Source: Alloascoidea hylecoeti
Taxonomy: Eukaryota
Direction of reading: 5' to 3'
Length of the DNA stretch: 64,000 nucleotides
Assembly: GCA_001600815.1 (NCBI GenBank)
Contig: BCKZ01000014.1
Location: forward strand, 434,001-498,000
A model generated the notes under the pieces. That model saw only the letters and a list, made by a program, of their open reading frames with translations. It did not search any database and was not told where the DNA came from. Positions within the stretch are counted from its first letter, which is position 1. Each line of letters starts with the position of its first letter. Shown piece by piece: positions 1 through 12,886 of the stretch. The position numbers and the translations under genes are program-made.

Positions 1-315
1 TTTAAAGAAATCAATACAACATTAGAGAGTTTTAAATTACATGAATTACTTGGAGAAAGGTTGAAGATGTGGCAATCACATGGAATGAAGAATATTAAAG
101 TCTATGATAATATAATAGAAGCTAGTATTTCAAGGACTAATATTTTTGAATTAAAATCCGTTCGATTTAAAATCAGAGTTGAACATTTACAGAAGAATAA
201 TAAGAACATTGGAAGTGTTGCAATATTTAGTAAAGAAAAAGGATCAAGGAGAAGTTTTGAAACATTTGTTAGAGAGATTGAAAAATATATTGGGGAACAT
301 GGGAAATTGATATGA
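1..315 (+). CDS. 3' end of a Gin4/Kcc4/Hsl1-type kinase (KA1 domain), partial
   Basis: Frame is open from base 1 to TGA at 313-315. WQSHGMKNI..EASISRTNIFELKSVRFKI..FSKEKGSRRSFETFVREIE resembles the fungal KA1 C-terminal domain. Confidence 0.7.
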   Translation, partial: FKEINTTLESFKLHELLGERLKMWQSHGMKNIKVYDNIIEASISRTNIFELKSVRFKIRVEHLQKNNKNIGSVAIFSKEKGSRRSFETFVREIEKYIGEHGKLI

Positions 316-679
316 TATGAAATAATTATAAATATAATATGATAAGATAATATAATATAATATGATAATATACGTATATTAAACAATTTAAACTATTAGA
401 ACATCCACGCGATAGATGCAGAAAAGAACCTCATAAAAAAATGAGGATGCCCCAAAAGGGTAATATGTACACCTGCATCGCATACATCAGACAGACAAAT
501 TAAAAAATTATTTGAGGACTCAGGCGGACTCCCCAATTTGCAAAGCGACCGTCCCTTTCGGTAAAAAACATCTCTTCATCCTCAAATCCTTTCCGGCTGT
601 TTATAAAACCTTCAAAACTTCCGTTTTCTCCTTTTCTTTTCCTTTCCTTATCTTATATTCCATTAAAACTTTACAAAGA

Positions 680-1849
680 ATGAATAACTTAGGAAGGGTA
701 TGTGCCTAACATCATTAGACAGATATCTTACATATTAAACTAACCATCTATTACTTATTACTTACTCATCAGACTAATAAAACTGCTCCAAGAGAATTCA
801 AACTGGTCGTAGTCGGTGGTGGTGGTGTTGGTAAATCCGCCCTTACCATCCAACTCATCCAGTCCCATTTCATCGATGAATACGATCCTACGATCGAAGA
901 TTCCTACCGTCAACAATGTTTTATCGATGAAGAATTTGTCATTTTGGATATCCTTGACACTGCAGGTCAAGAGGAATACTCCGCAATGAGAGAACAATAT
1001 ATGAGAACAGGTGAAGGGTTTTTACTAGTTTATTCCGTTACCTCCAGGTCCTCATTTGAAGAGATCGTTCAATTTCATAGACAAATTTTAAGAGCTAAAG
1101 ATATAGATAGATTCCCCGGAATCATCGTTGGTAATAAAAGTGATTTGGAAAATGAAAGACAAGTTTCTACTTTGGATGGTGAACAATTGTCAAAAGCACT
1201 TGGTTGCCCCTTCATTGAAACTTCCGCAAAACAACGTATTAATGTTGAAGAAGCTTTTTACGGACTTGTGAGACAAATTAAATTCTTTGAACAAGATGAG
1301 GCACTACAGCAACAAGCTGAAGATGAAGCAAGAGCTCAACAATTACAACAAGCTCAACTAGCTCAAGCGCAACTTGAAGCTTCGGAAAATAAAGCCGATC
1401 AGTCTACTATTAATAATCAAAAAAGTTTCAATATTAGCCCAACTAATACTCAACAACAACAAATTCAAAATCAACAATCAAGTTATCAACAACAAGGCTA
1501 TCAACAACAAGGTTATCCACAAAATTACCAACCTTCATCACAGGCACCACCAGCTGTTCCATTACCTTCTGTACCTGATATTAATCAAAATTCTTCATCT
1601 TCATCAACTGAAAGATCTCAGCCAACCTATTATCAATCGAATTCAAATTCACATAATAATAATCCTCATACAAAGGAACGTTTGAATGATACGGACTCCG
1701 ATGATGAAATTAATGAAGTTGATGATATTAGAGTTGTTAAAACATCAATTGAAAAACAACGACCTTCATCGTCTCCTCGTCCAATCAGAAACAAGGTGGA
1801 ATCACCACCAGAGTTAAAAAAGAAGAAAGGATGTTGTGTTATTGTTTAA
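680..1849 (+). CDS. RAS: Ras family GTPase; exons 680-697 and 773-1849
   Basis: Intron GTATGT(698)...ACTAAC...AG(772) restores [28 protein letters not shown]. Motifs [21 protein letters not shown] and ETSAK present. Ends in polybasic [14 protein letters not shown]. Confidence 0.96.
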
Positions 1850-2152
1850 AGATATCCTTATCCAAGATATCCTTATCCAAATTATTAATAAACATATTTT
1901 TTTAAAAGAAAGGGAAAGCATTCGCATTTTATAATTAACTAACGTTTCACATTTTTATACAACTAATATTCTTCAACTTTCAACTTTTTTCAAGAGTATA
2001 TATAAGATAAAAAAAAGATTTTTCTATAACTTAATCGATTCATTGAACTTTTTTCTTTTTTTTTTAATTTACTTATTATTTAATATAATAATAAGAAAAA
2101 GGTATTTTATTAATTATGGATTCTTTTTTTTTTTTTTTTTACTTTTCTTTTT

Positions 2153-2183
2153 ATAATCATAATCATAATCATAATCATAATCA
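2153..2183. repeat. (ATAATC)5 microsatellite
   Basis: Read directly from the sequence. Confidence 0.9.
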
Positions 2184-2597
2184 GTCAAATTTATAATTAA
2201 TTTGAAGAAGATACAAATAAAAATGGATATAAATAAAACACAACTAAACCAAATCAGAAATTGCAAAATAGTTATTAATTATATCAACCAAAAAAAACTG
2301 GCTTTAATCTTTTTTATATACTGAGTAGTATTATACTCCCTGTGTCTTTAGTTCTCTTCTTTCTTTTTTATTATTATTACTATTATTATCATTGTTGTTC
2401 TAACTGTTTATTGTTTATTGTTTATTGTTTTTGCTTTAATTTGAATTTATTTATATACTACCTTAATTTATTATTAGAAATATTGTTAATGAAAAATAAT
2501 TGAAGTTTGAGTATGGTAGTTAATAATAAAAAAGTTTTTTGTAAATATGAAACTACGATATTAAAATTTGTTTGTTTTGAAATAGTGAATACACTTA

Positions 2598-2773
2598 TAC
2601 ACTTAATTTCGGCCATTGTTAATACTAGTTATCGGTCATCTATTGACCAGTTTTCAGTCGGGTTTTGCACCGAAGGCTCATATACATACCGGTATTACCG
2701 GTATATAATGCGGCTGAAAATTATTATGATTTTGACCGATGGTCAATAGCTAGCATGGCCTAAATTAAGTGTA
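2598..2773. mobile_element. MITE family A, copy 1
   Basis: TIRs TACACTTAATTTCGGCCAT / ATGGCCTAAATTAAGTGTA; subterminal TAGTTATCGGTCAT; homologous to 31050 and 46847. Confidence 0.8.
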
Positions 2774-2940
2774 ATCCATCCAATTAAACTTTCAAAATTG
2801 TAATTGATGGCCTAATCAAGAACAAATAATAAGCTTTTCATATCTTTTTCCATTTTATCTCCCCGATTTCAGTCGATATTCCTCTTTTACTCTTCCCCTT
2901 TTCATTTTTTCATTCACTGTTTAAATTTAATTAATTCTAA

Positions 2941-3852
2941 ATGTCGAAATCACATCATTCAAAACATACGAACAACAACCCTGTTACCAATGATCATGAA
3001 CATGAATCTTCAGAATCACAATCGAAAGAAGCAAAAGAAATCTTAAATTTAAAATTACAATTATTACAATTAAAACAAAAACAAATTGAAAATCCATTAG
3101 ATGAAATATCAAAAATTTCATTAATTTTAGGAATTATAATTGGTATTTCAATAATTTTAATTATATTACCAATTAATTTAATTTCCAAAAATAAAATTTT
3201 AAATTTTAAACAATTTATAATTTATATTTTATCGATTTCAACTTTTCATTTTTTTGAATTTTTTATAACATCGAAATATAATTTTGAAAAAATTAATATT
3301 AAATCATTTTTAATTAATAATGGAATTATTTATAATTTAACACATTTTTTTGCAATTATTGAAACAATTATTGAAATTTATTATTTTCCATCATTAAAAA
3401 ATAATAATGATAATTTAAATATATTTTTAACAATTTTTGGGTTGTTGGCAATTATTATTGGTCATTTATTTAGATCAATTTCAATGATTCAATCATCAAC
3501 TAATTTTTCTCATTTAATTGAAAAAGAAAAAAGAGAACAACATGTTTTAATTACTCATGGTGTTTATTCAATTTCTAGACATCCTTCGTATTTTGGATTT
3601 TTTTGGTGGGCTGTTGGAACACAACTTATGCTTGTTAATCCAATTTCAATTGTTCTTTTCAGTCTTTCTAGTTGGTATTATTTTCAAATAAGAATAGAAT
3701 GTAAGTTGAAATTTTTATTTTAATTAATTTTACGTTTTTACTAATTAGGAATCATAATTATAGATGAAGAAAAATTATTAGTTAAATTCTTTGGTAAAGA
3801 TTATGAAGAATATAAAGCAAAAACTCATACTTTAATTCCATTCATTAGATAA
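2941..3852 (+). CDS. STE14: Isoprenylcysteine carboxyl methyltransferase; exons 2941-3700 and 3764-3852
   Basis: Hydrophobic protein with NFSH, LITHGVYSISRHPSYFGFFWW. Intron GTAAGT...TACTAAT...TAG gives the C-terminus YEEKLLVKFFGKDYEEYKAKTHTLIPFIR. Confidence 0.95.
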
Positions 3853-4023
3853 AATTAAAAAAATCTTTAGCTAGCTATATCATTTTCAAAAAAATATTAA
3901 TTAATCTTTTTTTGCTTATTATTCTATTTGTATATTTCTCTTTTTCTAATATAAGAAGAAGCTATAATCAAAATTTATATTCAAAACGTTTTTCATTAGC
4001 CAATTGCAATATAATTTAAATTA

Positions 4024-6598
4024 TCATCGTTTATTAGGTTGTTCAATCTCATCCTCAGATAGCGTTAAATCAATAACTTCTGAAATTCCTCTTTTTGAGC
4101 CAGTTGATCCTGTAGAATTGTTAGATGAAGATGAACTAAATGGTGAACTAGGTATCGTTCCAGTACTTGTACTTGCTCCCGCTGTAGTTATAGTAGAAGT
4201 TGTTGATGAACGATTAGATTGTTGATCTTTCCGATTAGAATTTTGAGCTTTTAATACTGTATTATAAGCACTTGGTAAAATCGGCACAGGAAAATTATTA
4301 TTAGAAGGTGGGGGATACATACTTAAATTTGAAGAACTGAAATGAGAATTTGGTGTTGTTGGTAAACTCATATTTGAAAGATGACGACGACTTCCAATAC
4401 TTGGACTTAAATTAGGTATAGAAGTAGCATTGTTTAAAACAGGTGAAGTAAAAGATCGATTTGTATTAGTAGAATTATCAAATGATGGTGATGGTGATCG
4501 TCTAATTCTACCATTTAAAGCTGAAATTGATGTTGAAGTACCTGGTGGTAAAAATCGAGATGGCGAAAAATTACCACCACCTATTCCTAATCCGGTGGTG
4601 CCATTGGTTGTACTATTTAATTGTGGAGTTTTAGTTAATGTTGTTTGTGGCTTACGCTTTCTTTGAGGCATGAAAATATTAATACTACTGGTAGTTGATT
4701 TTTTTGGTCTGGGTGGTAATGATTTTGGAATGGAAACGTTATTTATATTGGGAGTTTCATGTGTAACATTTTTATTCTTATCATTCTCATTTGTTAAATT
4801 GTTTAAAGTTGATGTTGTTGGTTTTGTTGGTAATTTTGTTGACGGTTTAGATGTTGATGAATTTTCTGGTGGGTTTGTTGGTGAATTTTTTGATGAACTA
4901 ATTAGCCTTTCTTGCTCTTCAAGTAATCTCAAGAATTCTTCTTCTTCTGAACTAACATCCCAATCCTCAGTATTTATGTTCGTATTTGTAGTTCTAATTG
5001 AACTTGTGTTAGTCTCTGTACTTGAATTTGAATTTGAATTTGAATTTGAATTTGCATTTGCATTTGCATTTGCATCATTTGTATTTTTATTTGTAGTTGT
5101 TGTTGTAGTAGTTGTTGTTGTTGTTGTTGTTTGTTCACGTTCTGGAACAATTAAATCGGCGAGTGGAATATCTTCATCTTCATCATCACTATCTAAAGAA
5201 ACAACAATAGGTTCAGTTTGCGCACTACCTTGTTTTGAAGATTCATTAACATCAGTATGATTATGGGTATTATGCATTGGTGATGAATTTGATTCATCTT
5301 CTTCAAAGATTTTCCAAGTACCATCAACTTCAACTTCAACCTGTTCAACATCTTCATCAACTTGTTCCAATATATTTAAAACATATTCACTTATTCTTAA
5401 TTGATCCATTATAATTGGATCTCGACATATAGGACATGTCCAAGTAGGAGCTTGTAATTGTAATTGTAAAAAAGATAAAGCATCAAAACAAGCAGTATGT
5501 TGACAATAAATTGATTTAGTAGGATATTTTAACCTACAATAAGATAAAGGACATTTTAAAGACATTACTGAAGCAGTCGCAATAATATCATCATCTTGAT
5601 TATTTTTTTTAATAATCCAATCAATTGTTGAAATTTTAGAAATTGGATTTTGAAAATCAATAATTTTTTTAACAATTTCTTCAGGTGTAATAATTTCAAC
5701 TAAATAAATATACATTATAAATTTTAAATTTGTATAAGCATATTGAATATTTAAAATATTAAAATTTGAAATATATGGTGTTAAATTTGCTGGTCTTGTT
5801 GTACCTGGTTTATTTTTTAAACCTCTTAAATTATCAGGTATAATAATTCCATTAAAATTAATTTCTAAATGTTGTGGGAATAAAATATCATTTTCACCAT
5901 TTTCATTTAATATAGTTTCTTGTTTTTCACCAGATAATAATAAAAGTTTATATTTTTGTTGATTATTTGATTTTAAAAGTTCAAAATCATTTTTTAAAAT
6001 TGAAAATTTATGTAATGATGATGAACGACCATTAATTGCCTTTTGACAAACTATTGGGCCTGGAAGTAATGATTTTATAATTTTATAAAAAGGTGATGGT
6101 TTAAATTTTATATGATTTTGATTTTGATTTTGATTTTGATTTTGATTTTGATTTTGAATATTAAATTTTGGATCTAATGTTTTTTGTTGATTTGATATAC
6201 CCATTGTTGCTATTGGATTAACAAGATTTGAATTCATTTCATTATGATTTTGATTATTATCATTATGATTTTGATTATTATCATTTTCATTTTGATGATA
6301 ATGAGAAATTAGTTTATTTATTTCATCAAGCCTTCGAAGATTCTTCTTTCTAACAGCAGCAGTAATTTCAGAAACCAAGCGCTCTATTAGAAGAGTTTTA
6401 CGGCCATAAAGGGATAAATGTAATGCTTTTAAAATATCTTTTAATTGAGGAACAGATAATTTTGAGGAGATAGAGATTAACTGTAAAGATTTGCGATGAA
6501 TAAAAGATGTTAGAAATTACAAAAAAAGCGAATAAAAATAAGTATATTTATGGTTTCCGTACTTGATCAGGGTTTGACTGCGTATCAAAATCAGACAT
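4024..6598 (-). CDS. SIZ1: Siz/PIAS SUMO E3 ligase; exons 6598-6563 and 6480-4024
   Basis: SAP domain LSVPQLKDILKALHLSLYGRKTLLIERL after splicing; PINIT-like KPSPFY..NKPGTTRPANLT; SP-RING SLKCPLSYCRL..CQHTACFDA..WTCPIC; SIM-like VIDLTLSEDE. Confidence 0.92.
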
Positions 6599-7282
6599 TT
6601 TTAAAGGGTTGTTGAAAAGTAATGATGAAAGGTTGGAGGTTTTGAAATTATTCGTAAAAGGTAAATAAACAAGTCATTCTTACCAGGCAATATTAATAAT
6701 ATTTTATGGCTCTCCTTTCTTTCCTTTTATTCCATGATCATACCATGAAAAGAAGACTCATAAAGGGGATAAATACCAATATTCACGTATAAAAAGCCCC
6801 ATTTTTCAAAGCCTGTTGATGGCCGTGGAAAGGCTTTCGGTTTGGGGTTCCACCTCGTTTTAGGGAGGGCTAGATAGATTCTATGAGAAAGATGGACAAG
6901 GATGAATATTTATAGTGGACAAAGGGTCTTCAAACACCAGCCTACTTCCACAAATCTACAGCTACAAGGAGTGAAGAAGGTTTCTGAGGTTTCTGAGGTT
7001 TCTGAGGTTTCTCTTCTTCTCTTCTCTTCACATGCTCCGCCCACGCGATACACCCAGACACACACTCAACAACAGTCTTTTTCCATTTCGTTCATTATTC
7101 TTCTTTTGTTTTTATTCATTGATATTTACTGATATTTACTGATATTTATATTCATTTATTCATATTCACTTATATTCATTTATATTCACTTTGATACGGA
7201 GACTTAAAATCAGATCCCGTTTTATTTTGTTCAACAACACTTTTATTTCAAACCACATCTCGTATCTATTTTTGTTGATAAA

Positions 7283-8842
7283 ATGCCCTTTAACATTTCC
7301 ATCTTTGGTTCTGGTGCTTTACAAATATTCCCAACCTCTTTGCGTTTGCCGGATTCTACAGAAGAAGCTCCTGAATTCGCTCCAAATAGCACTTCTCCAA
7401 CCTTTTCTCCATTTTCTCCCCATAATTTTTTAATTTCAAAAAGAACGGGCGGTGCCCATCATAATCATCATAATAATAATAGTCTCATGTCAAGTGCTTT
7501 GTATTTACCCCAACATGTCATCACGGTTAAAGAAATTGATGAAAATCAACATTTTGATAGTATAGAAACAAGACAACTATTAAGATCAATCTTTCCAGGT
7601 TGGTCAAATTTAGATTCTCAAGATGATTTAAAAATTACCCATTTAACTGGTGGTATCACAAATATGTTATTAAAATGTGTTTATAAACCAAATACTCAAC
7701 AACAAATGGTCGTTCTAGTAAGAGCTTATGGAAGAGGAACTGATGCAATTATTGACAGAGATAGGGAATTTGTATCTCATTTACATTTACATTCTTTAAA
7801 ATTAGCTCCTCCATTATATGCTCGTTTTGGTAATGGAATAGTTTATGGCTTTTTAGAAGGCAGATCAATCACACATTATGAAATGTCTGATAAAAATTTA
7901 ATGTTAAATATTGCAAAAAGGTTAGGACAATGGCATTCAATGTTAGATTCTGAAAAAATTGAAACTGGAATTTTAAATTTAAAAGGTTCAAATATTTGTC
8001 AAAAAATCTTACAAAATGGTGAAAATATCATCAATAACAATGAAGATAATGATAATGATAATCATTCTCCTTTTTCAAAAAATATTTGGGATTGTTTAGA
8101 AATTTGGATTTCAAACCTTCCAAATAATACACCCGAATATTTAGAATTACATGATGTTTTAGTAAATGAACTTGATTGGTTGAAACTAAATATTTCAAAC
8201 TTGGGTGGTCCAACCGTTGTTACTCATTCTGATTTATTAAGTGGTAATATTGTCATACCATCTGATTATTCTTTTTCTTCAACCAATGAAAATCATTCAT
8301 CTACTAATGTTTCCATTAATTCTCCCGCTAGTTCTTCCACAAATTTAAAAAATAAAAATTCTAAAAATAATTTAAAAAATAAATTACATAAAGGAGGAAA
8401 TCCTGTTTCTTTTATTGATTATGAATATATGTTGCCTGCTCCAAGAGCTTTTGACTTAGCTAATCATTTCATGGAATGGCAAGGTTTTGATTGTGAAACT
8501 GATTTAATTCCAGATCCAAGTATATCAAATCCAATATTAAGATCATGGTCACAAGCTTATCTTTCATCAGTCTCAAAATATGAACATTTGAAAGTTTCTT
8601 ATTCTTCATCAACATTACAACATCATTTAAATTTAAAAATATCTGAAAGTGATATTGATCAATTAATTGAAGAAATTCAATCATTTTGGGGTTTACCAGG
8701 TTTTTATTGGGGTATATGGGCTTTAATTCAAAGTACTATTTCTGTTATTGATTTTGATTATGAAACTTATTCAAATAAAAGATTACAAGAATATTGGGTT
8801 TGGAAAAAACATTTTATTGAAAAAATTAATAATAAAATTTAA
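7283..8842 (+). CDS. Choline/ethanolamine kinase family protein
   Basis: LTGGITNML, VLVRAYG, Brenner motif HSDLLSGNI, FIDYEY, RAFDLANHFMEWQGFDC. Confidence 0.92.
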   Translation: MPFNISIFGSGALQIFPTSLRLPDSTEEAPEFAPNSTSPTFSPFSPHNFLISKRTGGAHHNHHNNNSLMSSALYLPQHVITVKEIDENQHFDSIETRQLLRSIFPGWSNLDSQDDLKITHLTGGITNMLLKCVYKPNTQQQMVVLVRAYGRGTDAIIDRDREFVSHLHLHSLKLAPPLYARFGNGIVYGFLEGRSITHYEMSDKNLMLNIAKRLGQWHSMLDSEKIETGILNLKGSNICQKILQNGENIINNNEDNDNDNHSPFSKNIWDCLEIWISNLPNNTPEYLELHDVLVNELDWLKLNISNLGGPTVVTHSDLLSGNIVIPSDYSFSSTNENHSSTNVSINSPASSSTNLKNKNSKNNLKNKLHKGGNPVSFIDYEYMLPAPRAFDLANHFMEWQGFDCETDLIPDPSISNPILRSWSQAYLSSVSKYEHLKVSYSSSTLQHHLNLKISESDIDQLIEEIQSFWGLPGFYWGIWALIQSTISVIDFDYETYSNKRLQEYWVWKKHFIEKINNKI

Positions 8843-9660
8843 AGGAATTAAAAAAAAATTGGGATTGTTTATAATATATATTAATATTAAATTGTAATAC
8901 ACTATGACTTTTTTCATATGATATGATCAATTATACTTTGCTAACTTCTTTTTTTTTTTTTTTTTCATCTTTTGTTTAACATGTTACTCGTTTCACTATA
9001 CCCTCGAGTTCTTTCTTTACACCACCACGTTAAATGTTTCTTTAATAATAGTTAATTGCAAATGATATTTTTTTTATTTTTGTTGTCTTCTCCTTTCTGT
9101 TCTTCGTGGTTACAACTCTTGCAATTAATGATTTTTTTGCCTTTTGCCTTTTACCTTTTGATTTCTAACACTATTGATTTTTTGATGGGTTAAATTTATT
9201 ATCAAACAAAAAGATAAAAATTAAAATAGAAATTAAATAGATAAAATTAAAATAAAAATCTATATGTCATGTTATATCTTATTATAATAGTAAATTTGTA
9301 TGTTTCATAATAAATATGTCAAATTGTCAATTGCAACATTTTTCTATAACTGGGATAATAATTACGACAGCTAGTTAATTATAGTTAAATTAAGGGGAAA
9401 ATGTTGTTTTAGTGTAAATATATATACATTGTAGAGTATGAATCTGAAATTATACACTGCTAAGATCGAGAACCGCTTGTGCTTTCAACCACAATTAATA
9501 CTGTATACGTAAATGGCCGGTTCTACTTTCCTTACATGTTTAGTGAGCAACCGTGAATTAAATTTTTCTTAAAGCTACCCTCGTATCTACACATACCTCT
9601 CAAAATATTTTAATTTTTAATATATTCTAAACATGCAAACTACTTGTAAACAAAAAACAA

Positions 9661-10111
9661 ATGAATTCAAAAGAAGAGAAAATGTTTAATGATCATGAAG
9701 ATGAACCAGCATCAACCAGTGTGCCAATTTCTACCGCCAACATTAATTACGCGTTGATGACATTAGCTCAAGAAATGCCTTGAACTAGACGTTTGACCAA
9801 CAATATGAAACCTTGTTGTTATTGTTAAATGGTAGTGGTATTACCGAAACTCTTTCCGCGGAAAATAGAGCAAACGAGTAGTCCCCCATCTCATGATACA
9901 TCCTTAGTTACTCAAATTCCAGTTGATACTAAAACCTTCAGAATCACATCATCCCAATCTTATCAAACTGCCGGAACTGTCTATAGACAATTTTCAAGTG
10001 TTCTTACGGAACATTAAGGTGACGTTTCAAAAAGCGATGCTAAGCCAGGAAACAGTTATGACTCCGATGTCCAAAATAGCTGATTTTAATCTTCGCTTCA
10101 ATACCACTTAG
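9661..10111 (+). pseudogene. Degenerate copia-type gag, paralog of 15990-17033
   Basis: 9923-10111 peptide ELSIDNFQVFLRNIKVTFQKAMLSQETVMTPMSKIADFNLRFN aligns without gaps to ELSKKNHKRFLRNLELAFLHARLDEKSITSPISNISDFTLRTN. Upstream motif acacata(c/t)ctct..aaaatattttaa is shared (about 9589 and 15851). Confidence 0.75.
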
Positions 10112-10439
10112 AGAAATTTATATTCCTATAGATGTTGTTCCTAAGTTGGTTCGGTATAATAAAGAGTCACCTTAAAAGCCGTCTCCTTTCAAATTATGGG
10201 GCTCATTCGGGGTTCCTCATCTGGCACTTCTCCTCCAGATATCAGTTCTTTGGATATCTTGTCTAAGCTTTCTTTTGTCAAATCATAATCTATATCTTTA
10301 ATATACATTAATATAAGTTAAATGAGATAATTATATTAATCATAACAATAAGTAAATCCTATAGCTTCATTAATTCATGAATTTATGTAGCCTATACTTC
10401 AGCTTACTCTTAAACTTAGTTATGAATATGTTCATATTG

Positions 10440-10703
10440 CTATAGATAGACAACTATGCATATCAATTGCAATATTGATTTCTATTAATGTTGGGTAACA
10501 CTATATATAACACGACGATACATAATCTATTATCTATAAAATATACTGTTTTGATTATAATTTTAATATTAATGGATGGAAAATATGTTGCCAATATAAG
10601 CAGGCAGTTAGGTGTACCAAATCCTTAGATTCTAAGAGTATATTTAACAATAAAGGAGAAGGTGGAATTAATAAAAGTTACCTAGTAAATGTCATTTGGG
10701 GAA
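10440..10703 (+). mobile_element. Copia RNase H C-terminal relic plus polypurine tract
   Basis: Frameshifted DNYA/SIA ... KYVA ... KQAVRCTKSLD resembles DNQxAIxIA...ADxxTKxL. GGGGAA lies immediately before TGTTGA. Confidence 0.55.
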
Positions 10704-10960
10704 TGTTGATGTATTGGTAATAATATAATATTTAATATTCGGTTTCTGGCTCATTGGATGGGTCTTGTATCATCTGAAATTTACCAGATTGAAACCGATA
10801 GAGAAACTGATAGAGAAACTGATACCAAGAAGATGAAGATCTGCTTCACTTATAAATGATGTCGCTTTATGCAATCATTACCTTGTATGTTGAGATCATC
10901 ATTATAATACGGCTTTGGAAATCAAGTCTTGATCATGATAATTTAGAACATCATTCAACA
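10704..10960 (+). mobile_element. Ty5/copia-like 3' LTR, 257 bp
   Basis: Termini TGTTGA...TCAACA; internal TATAAAT near 10851; preceded by a PPT and RNase H relic; no matching TSD. Confidence 0.65.
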
Positions 10961-10989
10961 GTTTAAAATATTGAGTCAAAGGAATTTTC

Positions 10990-11300
10990 ATTCATAATGG
11001 TGTTATATTTGATATATAATTCAAGTTTATAATAAGATCCTGGAATATTGAAATTGGTCAAATGATCTATGAATTTCAACATAATCAGTCGGAGTGCATT
11101 TCAATTGCAATAAAGGATCAATACTTTGTTACTCACTATAGCTACGACAAACTAATTATAAATATAATAGTTCGGGATTTACAATAAAAATAATTAATAG
11201 ATATTTTGTCAGATGACAAAGAATGTGATGCACCAGTTGAATGACTATTAATTATAGTTAATCATGATTATACCATACTCTACGTGGACAATCAAAATAA
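10990..11300 (+). mobile_element. Second copia RNase H relic
   Basis: Broken frames give GVIF..SW, ST/SECISIA (compare STxEAEYxA) and TILYVDNQ in the expected order. Confidence 0.5.
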
Positions 11301-11477
11301 AAATATTAATACTAAAAATATTAAAAATAAAATATACTAGTGTACAATAATTAGGAATCAAAAATGATATAAAATACCATTTTCAATTGTCAAGCAATCT
11401 AAGCTCACAATCTATCTCCATTAAAAGTGTCGCTCATGTACTTCTTTATCTTAATCCTCCTCCTTGGACTATTTCAC

Positions 11478-12086
11478 TTAAAGAAAAAATCTTTCGAATT
11501 CATCTACAAGATTCATTCTTCTGTTGAGTTGCATCTTGTTTCTTATTTTCCAATCAAAGAACTGTCTGGCTCTTAATTGTGTCTTCAATCTTATTACACA
11601 TCTTTTCCAGTGTAATCCACATGGATTACAGACAAGACCAAATGGAGTGGTACAAAATTGTTTGCTTTTCGAGAAAGTTTGACAATATGGGCAAATATTC
11701 GAATTAATTTCAACCGGGGCTCCAGATATACCAGTGGAGCTNGTATTAGTACTATCGGTAGAGTTATTCTTTAAACTATCTGACTTTCTCTCTGTCTTTT
11801 TGTTTTGTTGATTCTGGNCTTGGTGGTCATTTGACCCGCATGCTGTTGGAGTAACATTGGAGCCGACCTTATATGTGTTTGGATTAATTTCGTTCTTACT
11901 ATTATTAGGAGAAATAACGAACCCGTTCGAAGTTCTTATACATATATTAGATAAAGGTTCCACAAGTTTTTGAATCTCATTCGTCTTTTCTTCTTCCACT
12001 TCTATCCGATATTGGTGGTTCTCCCATGCCTCATACCGACGGATTATTTGGGCTTCCAACTTGTAATCGATCTCATAATCTTTCAT
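11478..12086 (-). CDS. Divergent single GATA-type zinc-finger protein
   Basis: C-X2-C-X17-C-X2-C (CPYC...CNPCGLHWKR) followed by a basic helix; first ATG at 12086; two ambiguous bases. Confidence 0.7.
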   Translation of the reverse strand: MKDYEIDYKLEAQIIRRYEAWENHQYRIEVEEEKTNEIQKLVEPLSNICIRTSNGFVISPNNSKNEINPNTYKVGSNVTPTACGSNDHQXQNQQNKKTERKSDSLKNNSTDSTNXSSTGISGAPVEINSNICPYCQTFSKSKQFCTTPFGLVCNPCGLHWKRCVIRLKTQLRARQFFDWKIRNKMQLNRRMNLVDEFERFFL

Positions 12087-12797
12087 TGTTGCAATATTAT
12101 AGCTGTTTAATATATGATTACAACTTGAAAAAGAAAAAGAGAGCAAAAAGTGGGAATAAAAATATTTTTATACCCGCAAATATAATATATTATTATAACT
12201 ACTATATTCCTCTCTCTGATTTACACAATAATTACCTTATTTAGCAGACACTTTTAAAAATAATGCTAATGTATAATGCTCATCAATTCATAATTAATAA
12301 GGTTTGACATTTTTACATCTATTGTAGCTTCTTCCTCCTACCTTTTTTATTATCATATGCATCCACGCATAAGGTTATTACCAGGTATATTGCGACTTCT
12401 AGATATAGCATATGCAGTAGTATAGCATAGTCTCATTTGGTAGATTACATACATGAACAATCAAAATTTGTATCATAATTCTCTATAATATGCCAGTAAA
12501 TATTGTGGGTTTCCAATTAGGTAAAAGATCAATCCAAGCAGTAATATTTAGCATAGCTCTATTATTAAATGCTATGACGGTTTTGTTATTCAAACTAAGG
12601 ATGATATCATTAACAATTATTGGGATTATTGGGTTGAAATATTTAGGTTTGGTTTCTAGAGTTGAGAACTCTTAATCTGTGAATTAATAGCACATCATAA
12701 ATGTATACAACATATTTGTTTTAACCTCATCTTGTATTCCAATGAGTTACATAAGGGTATTAGAATAGGAATAATTTAGATATATAAAGAGTAGTTC

Positions 12798-12886
12798 ATC
12801 TTACTTATAATAAATTAACTAAGAATATATTAATCACCTAAAACAAAACCTAAAACAAAAGATTATTCTACAATGAATTCCAACTT
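12798..12886 (+). repeat. Left arm of ~89 bp inverted repeat (leader plus gag ATG)
   Basis: Reverse complement of 13455-13543 apart from small indels; TATATAAAGA at 12781 just upstream. Confidence 0.9.

Noticed and set aside
4430..5260. Antisense ORFs over SIZ1 and similar short overlapping ORFs elsewhere
   Set aside because: Shadows of low-complexity or codon-biased coding sequence on the opposite strand or frame.
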